This document shows, in pieces, positions 56,690-64,000 of a DNA stretch of 64,000 nucleotides (its first letter is position 1; each line of letters opens with the position of its first letter). The stretch is from Clostridia bacterium (lineage in GTDB: Bacteria; Bacillota; Clostridia; UBA1381; UBA9506): positions 1-64,000 of the forward strand of contig JAZNGA010000030.1 of the NCBI GenBank assembly GCA_045576235.1, written 5' to 3'. Both the position numbers and the translations under genes were made by a program. Under the pieces are notes generated by a model that was given only the letters and a program-made list of their open reading frames with translations, had not been told where the DNA came from and ran no database searches.

Positions 56690-59086
56690 ATGGATAGAAT
56701 TATTAATGTCAAAGTAAGCGGTCATCATCTCAGTAAAGACAATAATAATGCTGGTGCAAGAGGCGAGGCCAATGTTACTTTGCTTAGAATTACCTTTGAT
56801 GAAAGTTGGTCTTACTTTGCAAAGACGATTACATTTTGGGATGCTCGTGGAGCTAACCCTGTAAATCGTACGCTCACTACTGACATAATTGAAAATATAG
56901 CAGATGGCCCAAATGTATATATAGTTCCTATCCCTCAAGAGCCGTTAGCTGTAGCAGGTAAATTAACATTTGTCATAGATGGATTTGTTGATAGCAAAAG
57001 GCAGAGGAGCGTTTGCGATGAGCTTGTTGTTGAAGATTCACCTGTTACAGCAAGCAACCCTATAGACCCTACGCCAACGCAGGCTGAACAGTTGCAGACA
57101 CAAATTGACGACATTATAGGCACTATTCAGGATGCTGTTTTAGCAGAGGTAAATGCCAATGCAGCATCAAGAGCTGCCGAAAATAGTGCGAATAATGCGT
57201 CGGATAGTGCAAGTATAGCAATACAAGTTTTGGAAGCAGTTAAGGGGTATGCTGAAGATGCTGAAGTTCATTCAAATAAAGCACAGAATGCAGCCAATAC
57301 AGCTCCTTATATAGGAGATAACGGGAATTGGTTCAGTTGGGATAAGGACACTGAATCTTTTTATGATACTGGAGTTTTGGCACAGGCAGACTCTCAGGCA
57401 TATATTGACAAAACAATTTCAGAAATGCGTAGCGAGCTTAATTTAGGTTTAACGTACTACGGAGACGCTGGCATTATTCCTTCTCCTGTAGAATGGTTTA
57501 CTTATACTATTAATGAAAACGATAGCACCGCAGAAATAATAATAACAGGTTTATCTGATACATGGACTAATTTAGAAGATGACTCTAAAAATAATATTTT
57601 TATACCATATGAAATAAATGGATGTAAAATTACTACTATTGGACTTTGTGCATTTGAAATTACTGGTTTAACTTCTATAAATATACCTAATAGTGTTACT
57701 ACTATTGTTGATTATGCATTTTATTCTTGTACTAATTTAACTTCTATAAATATACCAGACAGTGTTACTCGTATTGCTGAAGGTGCATTTGATAATTGTC
57801 ATGAAGATTTAACTATTATCTGCTCGCAAGGCAGTTATGCTAAGACATATGCTAAAGAAAATGGAATTAAATATGCATATGATGTAATTGAAGTTGATAA
57901 TGCCTTAAACGACACAAGCGAAAATCCAGTACAGAATAAAGTGATTAATGCTGCAATTCAACAGCTTGAAGAAAATAAAGCAGATACATCACACACTCAT
58001 GACTTTGGCGCGAAGATTGAAGGAACTAAGTATATAGAGGAAATTAAGTGGGAGCTTGGCGTAATAACATCCGACAACGGAACAAATGGGGATAATCCAC
58101 AAAGGGCTCGCACGGCAGATTATTTAGAGTATGATGACAGTGTTGTTATAACTATGTCGGGAGATGCTCAAATAATAGCTTTATTCTACAATGATGAAAA
58201 GGGATATATAGGATATTCAGGAAAGGAATGGCTAACAGGAACAATTAATGTAAAAGACATTGCTCCGGAAGGTGCTAAGTATTTTAGATTGTCGGCTCGT
58301 TGGGCAAACAAAGAAGGCAGCAATGGCACAACTATAACTGAAAATAACATAAGTGATATTTCTGATAATGTCGAAGTGCAAAGAGATTTCGTACAGACAT
58401 TAACTGATTTAATTCTTGATGATGTAAACAAAAAACTCGACGAAGAATTGGCAAGTAAAATTGATGAATCAAGAATAACAAAAGAAGCTGAAGACATTGA
58501 TGAAACTTGGAGTATTAATATCTCAGGTAGTGCTGAAAAGGCTAACGAAGCAGATAAAGCTATAAATGATGAGTATGGGAATAGGATTGCTGAAACTTAT
58601 ATATATGATGTTACAAGGCTTCCTGGTGATGAAGTTAACATTATGTTTTTTTCCCCTGGATTTGCAGGTGGGCCCGTTATATCTGCACCATCACAGAAAT
58701 ATGTTGATGATGCTGTAAACGACAGAAGAAACTATCCATATAGCGTAATTGATATGGCAAGTGTAACAGAATCCATTTCATTAATTCCAAACAATGTGAT
58801 TTATGCTTTTGGAAACTTTGCTGATAACGGAACAGGACTTGTTGTAAATATAACAAGCGGAAATACTGTTGGTTATACAGAAGAAAGCGTGTTAATTCTT
58901 GATTTTTCATCTGTTGAAACAGCACCTACGGTCACTTTTAATACAGCAAGCGGAACTATTAAATGGATAAATGGTGAGCCGCCTTCTGTTGAAGCTGGAA
59001 AAACATATATGTTCTCATTTACTCATGCGAAAGATGCTGATAATAACATTGTGTCACTTCTTGCTGTTGGGGGTGAGTTTGCCTAA
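56690..59086 (+). CDS. Large virion protein with BspA-type leucine-rich repeats (candidate receptor-binding/fibre protein)
   Basis: 798 aa. Repeats ITGLTSINIPNSVTTIVDYAFYSCTNLTSINIPDSVTRIAEGAFDNC fit the LRR_5 pattern. Ribosome-binding site aaaggag. Confidence 0.5.
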   Translation: MDRIINVKVSGHHLSKDNNNAGARGEANVTLLRITFDESWSYFAKTITFWDARGANPVNRTLTTDIIENIADGPNVYIVPIPQEPLAVAGKLTFVIDGFVDSKRQRSVCDELVVEDSPVTASNPIDPTPTQAEQLQTQIDDIIGTIQDAVLAEVNANAASRAAENSANNASDSASIAIQVLEAVKGYAEDAEVHSNKAQNAANTAPYIGDNGNWFSWDKDTESFYDTGVLAQADSQAYIDKTISEMRSELNLGLTYYGDAGIIPSPVEWFTYTINENDSTAEIIITGLSDTWTNLEDDSKNNIFIPYEINGCKITTIGLCAFEITGLTSINIPNSVTTIVDYAFYSCTNLTSINIPDSVTRIAEGAFDNCHEDLTIICSQGSYAKTYAKENGIKYAYDVIEVDNALNDTSENPVQNKVINAAIQQLEENKADTSHTHDFGAKIEGTKYIEEIKWELGVITSDNGTNGDNPQRARTADYLEYDDSVVITMSGDAQIIALFYNDEKGYIGYSGKEWLTGTINVKDIAPEGAKYFRLSARWANKEGSNGTTITENNISDISDNVEVQRDFVQTLTDLILDDVNKKLDEELASKIDESRITKEAEDIDETWSINISGSAEKANEADKAINDEYGNRIAETYIYDVTRLPGDEVNIMFFSPGFAGGPVISAPSQKYVDDAVNDRRNYPYSVIDMASVTESISLIPNNVIYAFGNFADNGTGLVVNITSGNTVGYTEESVLILDFSSVETAPTVTFNTASGTIKWINGEPPSVEAGKTYMFSFTHAKDADNNIVSLLAVGGEFA

Positions 59087-59670
59087 TGTATGCAACAAAA
59101 CTGATGATGAATCAAGGCAAAAGCTATAACTATGTTGAAGATGATAGTCTTTTAAGGAAAGTTGAAAATAAAGCCTTCGGTTCATATATCGATATTCCTA
59201 ATGTGCGAAGCGGAGTAAATTCTTTTACTTATTGTGGAACATTGCCAACATCCGAAAACGGAGTGTTTTTAAAAGGAATTAATATGCTTGATATTTGGCG
59301 TTATTCATTCGCACTTTATGCTATGGGTGACGGAAGGATAATAATGCGTAATCTTAGCAATGGTGCTGGTATAACGCCGACATCACCTATAGATTATAAA
59401 GGGTGCGTGGCAACAGATGTGGATGTTCAACCATATGTAGCGTTTACATTATATTTTCCAACAGAAACATCTCAATATATGACATTGAGGTGTGAAAATG
59501 ATGAAAAAGCCATTTTTGAAGGAAACTGGGCACATCGAAATTATGATTATGTTTATACCAATGTTGCTGATGGTTCAAAGGTCATTGATTTAGGTTTAGT
59601 CTATAACAGAGTTTTGACAGATGAAGAACTTGAACAGAATTACAAGGCATTTTTGCAAAGGTATAGGTAA
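59086..59670 (+). CDS. Phage hypothetical protein
   Basis: Start overlaps the upstream stop (TAATG). Confidence 0.4.
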   Translation: MYATKLMMNQGKSYNYVEDDSLLRKVENKAFGSYIDIPNVRSGVNSFTYCGTLPTSENGVFLKGINMLDIWRYSFALYAMGDGRIIMRNLSNGAGITPTSPIDYKGCVATDVDVQPYVAFTLYFPTETSQYMTLRCENDEKAIFEGNWAHRNYDYVYTNVADGSKVIDLGLVYNRVLTDEELEQNYKAFLQRYR

Positions 59671-59683
59671 GGAGTGTGAATTT

Positions 59684-59929
59684 ATGAGCATATATGGAAA
59701 ACTTGAAAATGGCAGATTTATAAAAGCAAAGCATTTCATAATTGATGAAAATGCAACGATAATCAATCCAACAGATGAGATGTACGAAAAGCAAGGATAT
59801 AAAAAGTTGATAGAAAGTGAAATGCCTGAACTTGAAGAAAATCAATCATTTGAAATCAGTTATGAAGAGACGGAAACGGAAATTATAAAGACATATAAGG
59901 TGGTGGAGATAAATGAAGATATTTATTGA
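59684..59929 (+). CDS. Small acidic phage protein
   Basis: Ribosome-binding site aaggagtg. Confidence 0.35.
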   Translation: MSIYGKLENGRFIKAKHFIIDENATIINPTDEMYEKQGYKKLIESEMPELEENQSFEISYEETETEIIKTYKVVEINEDIY

Positions 59930-61094
59930 TGCAGGACATAATTTTTCAGGTGAAGATATAGGCGCACAGGGAAATGGTATAAGAGAGCAGGATGTGACAT
60001 TTATTATAGCCAATAAGTTGAAGAAACTTTTGGTTTCTTACGGCCATGAAGTATTCATGAGCAGGAATAGGCTTGAAGATAATGTTGGCTCAAGTCTTTC
60101 TGATTCTCTTAATACAAGAGTAAATTTAGCAAACCGATATAGTGTCGATTTGTTTGTAAGTATTCATTGCAACGCATTTAACGGAGAGGCAAGCGGAACG
60201 GAAACGCTCGTTTATTCATTTAATTCAAAGGCGAATGAGTACGCAGAGTGCATACAAAAAGCAATTACAGAAAAGCTCGGCACAAAGGACAGGGGAATAA
60301 AAGAAAGAAAAGACTTAGCAGTTCTTAAAAAAACATCAATGCCTGCTATTTTGGTTGAGACTGCTTTTATTGATAATGAACATGATGCAAATTTGCTCTT
60401 AAAAAAACAGGATGATTTTGCAGAGGCGATTTTTGAAGGCATAACAGGAAGCAAAAAGGAGGAAAACGATATGGGACAAACAGTAATGAGAGTGAGTAAT
60501 GCACTAATCCAAGAGATTAATCCTCATGGTTTTGGAATAATGCAGTGCAAATGTGGCAAAAAAGATATAACACTTCCGCACTATGCTAATGGAGGATTTC
60601 AGGCAACTAAAAATACACCTGTAGGGAATTTAGCTATAGACGGAAAAATTATTACACAAGCAAAGGATAATACAGAAGATATAAATGTATCAAAGAAGAA
60701 ACTTACCACTATTTACACTTTAAAAGATGGTGAATTTGGCATTATAAAAACAGATGAATTATCTGGAATGTCTAATCTGAAAAATGCTATAAGTGGCATA
60801 CCTATTATTATAGGTGGTAAGTTCGTAGATTTAAATACAATTAAGTCTGAAGGATATTATGGCAATGAGTTATATAATACCTGGCATGGCTTTTTAGGTA
60901 TTAGGGGCAATAAGCTAGTACATATAGGTGCTGAATGTGGATTTGATGAAATGTGTTGGCTTATGGTTGCGTTTGGTATATACGATGCTATCAAACTAGA
61001 CGGTGGAGGTAGCTTCGTAGAGAAAAGTGGAGATCTCATGGAGGCGACTGTGGGAAATAGAGAGATAAATAATGTAATATACTGGAATGAATAG
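59913..61094 (+). CDS. Endolysin: N-acetylmuramoyl-L-alanine amidase (Amidase_3) fused to a phosphodiester-glycosidase-like C-terminal domain
   Basis: N-terminal IFIDAGHN...SIHCNAF...E amidase-3 motifs. C-terminal AIKLDGGGSF motif characteristic of the DUF2233/NAGPA-like fold. Confidence 0.65.
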   Translation: MKIFIDAGHNFSGEDIGAQGNGIREQDVTFIIANKLKKLLVSYGHEVFMSRNRLEDNVGSSLSDSLNTRVNLANRYSVDLFVSIHCNAFNGEASGTETLVYSFNSKANEYAECIQKAITEKLGTKDRGIKERKDLAVLKKTSMPAILVETAFIDNEHDANLLLKKQDDFAEAIFEGITGSKKEENDMGQTVMRVSNALIQEINPHGFGIMQCKCGKKDITLPHYANGGFQATKNTPVGNLAIDGKIITQAKDNTEDINVSKKKLTTIYTLKDGEFGIIKTDELSGMSNLKNAISGIPIIIGGKFVDLNTIKSEGYYGNELYNTWHGFLGIRGNKLVHIGAECGFDEMCWLMVAFGIYDAIKLDGGGSFVEKSGDLMEATVGNREINNVIYWNE

Positions 61095-61371
61095 GAGTGT
61101 GGAATGCATGAGTGATAACTACAGAGCAATGCGTAATGAGTGCAAGGAAGAATTTGAAAAAATTCATAAGAGAATAGATAAGCGAGACATATCGTTAGAA
61201 GCTCAAGAGAAGAAAATTCAAAATCAAGCTGTATCCATTGCAAGAGTGAACGAGGATGTCGTTCACATGGCAAAGTCAATAAGTGGACTGACAAAGGCCC
61301 TATGGGGTGTAGCGGCATCGATGCTTGCCACACTATTCGGATTTGTATTGTGGTATATTCAATCATTATAA
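61087..61371 (+). CDS. xhlA: XhlA-like holin-associated protein (coiled coil plus C-terminal TM)
   Basis: 94 aa with N-terminal coiled coil and a single C-terminal TM helix. Overlaps the endolysin stop. Confidence 0.45.
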   Translation: MNRSVECMSDNYRAMRNECKEEFEKIHKRIDKRDISLEAQEKKIQNQAVSIARVNEDVVHMAKSISGLTKALWGVAASMLATLFGFVLWYIQSL

Positions 61372-61385
61372 GGAGGAATTTATTT

Positions 61386-61679
61386 ATGTACGAATTGTTA
61401 AAAGAATTTATTAAGCCTGAAGTGTTGGTATTAATCCCGGTACTGTATTTATTGGGTATGGCACTTAAAAAGTCTCAGATAGTTGATAAGCACATTCCTT
61501 GGCTGCTTGGATGCGCATCCGTCTTGTTGTGTTTTATGTACATTTTGGCAACGTCTGTTCTTAACGGATGGCAGGAAATTATAATGGCAATTTTCTCAAG
61601 TATCACACAGGGCATATTGTGTGCCGGAGCAAGTGTGTATGTGAATCAATTTATAAAGCAGTCAAAGAAGGTTGAATAA
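61386..61679 (+). CDS. Holin (phi-LC3-like, ~97 aa, 2-3 TM)
   Basis: MYELLKEFIKPEVLVLIPVLYLLGMALKK N-terminus with TM helices, next to the endolysin. Confidence 0.55.
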   Translation: MYELLKEFIKPEVLVLIPVLYLLGMALKKSQIVDKHIPWLLGCASVLLCFMYILATSVLNGWQEIIMAIFSSITQGILCAGASVYVNQFIKQSKKVE

Positions 61680-61691
61680 GGGGGTATTAAT

Positions 61692-62027
61692 ATGACACCA
61701 AATAAAGCCATAGAGATTATTGATAATTTAAAGCCTAATTCATACAGCGAAGAGGACAAATTAAGATGGATAAACGAAATAGACGGAATGGTACAGCGAT
61801 TAGTCTTTCAAAATGATGAGGTAACTCAATATGCTTATCCTAAGGATATGAACAAAGAGCTGTTAATTCCCGCTCCGTTTGAAGATGTGTATAACTTATA
61901 CATAGAAGCTCGTATTGACTATCACAACAGAGAGTACGCAAATTATAACAACTCAGCTATGATGTTCGAGTCGCGATACAGCGAGTATAAGAAAGACTAT
62001 ATTCGTAACCATCCAGCAAGGGGGTGA
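61692..62027 (+). CDS. Phage hypothetical protein
   Basis: Ribosome-binding site aaggggg. Confidence 0.35.
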   Translation: MTPNKAIEIIDNLKPNSYSEEDKLRWINEIDGMVQRLVFQNDEVTQYAYPKDMNKELLIPAPFEDVYNLYIEARIDYHNREYANYNNSAMMFESRYSEYKKDYIRNHPARG

Positions 62028-62031
62028 GTGA

Positions 62032-63573
62032 GTGTTATTACCTTATCTTTCAGAAGTGCAAAACCCTTCTAAAAAATATAGCGTAGTGTTCAGAGGTTTG
62101 AACTACGGACAGGGAACGCAAGACGGAGAGTTTGCGGAAACTTACAACCTTTCTACGGACCAATACCCGTGTATTACACAAAGGGCCGCAAGAATATTGA
62201 CAGGCAAATACACACATCCTTCTACTCTGCACTCAAAAGGGAAATTGCTTGTCATAGACGGCACAGAGGTTTATTACGGCGATACAAAAGTCGGAGATGT
62301 AACGGAGGGGAAGAAACAGACTGCAACAATCGGCAATTATATTGTTATCTTTCCTGATAAAAAATATTACAAAGTGCCTACAGAAGATGATAAAGACGGC
62401 GAATTTGGCAGTATGGATGTAGTGTACGAGATGGCAGGACTAAAGTTTACTGCATCCACAATATCAAAGACAGGAGCTAATTTTCCGTTTGGCAAAGGTG
62501 ATTCAGTAACAATCGAAGGGTGCTCAAGCAACGGAAACAACAAAAGTGAGGAAATTATTATAAGAGGAGCGACATCTGACGAGCTTACCTTTGATGCTAA
62601 CAGCTTCACCGCAGTTGATAAAGAGACAAACAAAGTAACGATAAGGCGAACGGTGCCACCTCTTGACTTTGTTTGCGAGAACAACTACAGACTGTGGGGG
62701 ACACACGGCAATACAATATATTCAAGTGCATGGAACGACCCTCTAAACTTCAAGTCGTTTGAAGGTTTAGCAGGCGACAGCTACGCAATAGATGTAGGTA
62801 GCGAAGGAGAGTTTACAGGCTGTATTCCTTATGCTTCACACATTTGTTTTTTTAAAGAGAACACATTGCATAAACTATACGGCACAAAGCCGAGTAACTT
62901 TCAGATAACTACAGTAAACGTTTACGGCGTTCAAAGTGGTAGTGAAAGAAGCATACAGATTGTAAACGAACAGCTTTTATACAAAGGAGTAGGCGGTGTA
63001 TATGCTTATACAGGCGGTGTTCCAGAGCTTATAAGTGAAAAGTTTGGCACTAATCGTTATTCAGATGCGGTAGCTTGCTGTGACGGAGAGAAATATTATA
63101 TTTCGATGAAACAAGGCGACACATGGAGTATGTTCGCATATGACGTAGCAAAAAACATTTGGCTTCGTGAAGATGATACGAACGCTGTTGATATGACCTT
63201 CTATGACGGTAAAGTGTATTTTCTTGATTCAAGAGGTTGTTTGTATTACATCGACAAAACGGCAGACCGTAGCGATATAGAATGGGGGGCTACATTCTGC
63301 ACTATGCACGAAACAATGAACGAGCGTAAAGGCTATTCTAAATTCCACTTGCGTATGGACTTATCGGCCGGGGCGTGGCTTGCGGTAGATGTAAAGACCG
63401 ACAACGACCTAAAGTGGCAACAGGTATTTACAACACATAATGAAAAGGCAAAGACAGTCTCTATCCCAATAATGCCTACAAGGTGCGACAGCATTGATAT
63501 TCGTTTGCGTGGTAAAGGCAAATGTACGGTTAAGACCTTCATCAGAGAATTTTCAGTAGGGAGTGATGTTTAG
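62032..63573 (+). CDS. Large phage structural protein (unknown function, 513 aa)
   Basis: Beta-rich sequence. GTG start overlapping the upstream stop. Confidence 0.4.
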   Translation: MLLPYLSEVQNPSKKYSVVFRGLNYGQGTQDGEFAETYNLSTDQYPCITQRAARILTGKYTHPSTLHSKGKLLVIDGTEVYYGDTKVGDVTEGKKQTATIGNYIVIFPDKKYYKVPTEDDKDGEFGSMDVVYEMAGLKFTASTISKTGANFPFGKGDSVTIEGCSSNGNNKSEEIIIRGATSDELTFDANSFTAVDKETNKVTIRRTVPPLDFVCENNYRLWGTHGNTIYSSAWNDPLNFKSFEGLAGDSYAIDVGSEGEFTGCIPYASHICFFKENTLHKLYGTKPSNFQITTVNVYGVQSGSERSIQIVNEQLLYKGVGGVYAYTGGVPELISEKFGTNRYSDAVACCDGEKYYISMKQGDTWSMFAYDVAKNIWLREDDTNAVDMTFYDGKVYFLDSRGCLYYIDKTADRSDIEWGATFCTMHETMNERKGYSKFHLRMDLSAGAWLAVDVKTDNDLKWQQVFTTHNEKAKTVSIPIMPTRCDSIDIRLRGKGKCTVKTFIREFSVGSDV

Positions 63574-63950
63574 TGCCTGTATTTACACAATCATTACAGA
63601 AGATTAACCCTGCAAATCCGCAGGAAGCTATCAAGATAATGGCTAATCACCTCAAATATATCCAAGAACAGCTTGAATATACTTTGCTTAACCTTGATAG
63701 CCGAAACATAAACGAAATAGACGTAGATAAAACAACGATTACGGACTCTACAGGAAGCACAAACATCGGCTCATTTATTTATTTAACAGGAGCTAACGGA
63801 GAAAGCTTCACAGCAGGTAAAAACAATCAGGGTGGTTTTGAATTTTCTGTTAACGGAAAAGACGGAAAGCAAACAATATATTTAAACAGTTCGGGAGACT
63901 TAGTTATAACAGAACATACAAACCTCACTATAGACGGTGGGGAATGGTAA
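63573..63950 (+). CDS. Phage hypothetical protein
   Basis: Start codon overlaps the stop of the upstream gene. Confidence 0.35.
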   Translation: MPVFTQSLQKINPANPQEAIKIMANHLKYIQEQLEYTLLNLDSRNINEIDVDKTTITDSTGSTNIGSFIYLTGANGESFTAGKNNQGGFEFSVNGKDGKQTIYLNSSGDLVITEHTNLTIDGGEW

Positions 63951-64000
63951 AGGGGGGAAATATAAATGGCATTAACTGATTACGATAAGAAAAATCTTTC

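Larger units (their letters stand above)
33446..64000. mobile_element. Prophage (tailed-phage-like) integrated downstream of tRNA-Lys; right end and attR lie beyond the window
   Basis: Ordered modules: integrase, ImmA/XRE, cro-like, RecT/YqaJ/helicase/SSB/RusA, HNH, terminase, portal, Prp, scaffold, capsid, lysis. Confidence 0.9.

Overview
This is low-GC Firmicutes/Clostridia-type DNA. It is probably from a gut Oscillospiraceae/Ruminococcaceae-like organism, judging by strong AGGAGG ribosome-binding sites, frequent TTG/GTG starts, and a THF riboswitch that is a near match to the Eubacterium siraeum example. The first ~33.4 kb is chromosomal. In order it contains: (1) tRNA-Asn plus an odd duplicated tRNA 3' fragment; (2) a VTC-domain/DUF4956/CotH-kinase cluster with a secreted low-complexity protein and an OmpR/histidine-kinase two-component system; (3) an SPFH(Band_7_1) protein fused to five zinc ribbons, followed by two small membrane proteins, a YdjGHI-like membrane-stress module with no PspA; (4) housekeeping genes (Rieske-FAD oxidoreductase, lysC, mntP, aldo/keto reductase); (5) a sugar-catabolic island with sugar-phosphate isomerase, Gfo/Idh/MocA, three tandem recently duplicated GH3 hydrolase paralogs, amidohydrolase, uxuA, uxuB-like SDR and SGNH hydrolase; (6) folT controlled by a THF riboswitch, then cspA, trxA, an Mrp/ApbC ATPase, an OPT transporter with an overlapping PqqD-like ORF; (7) a six-tRNA operon (Gly-Arg-His-Gln-Gln-Lys) with a consensus promoter. 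From 33.4 kb to the window end is a prophage integrated directly downstream of tRNA-Lys. Its modules are: zinc-ribbon tyrosine integrase; ImmA/XRE lysogeny switch with repeated palindromic operators; a RecT/YqaJ/helicase/SSB/DUF4373/RusA replication-recombination module; two HNH endonucleases; terminase, portal, Prp protease, scaffold and capsid carrying LQLF Prp-cleavage motifs; a 798-aa LRR-repeat virion protein; a lysis cassette (amidase fused to a phosphodiester-glycosidase-like domain, XhlA, holin) lying in the middle of the structural genes; and further structural ORFs running off the window. attR is not in view. No CRISPR array and no rRNA are present.
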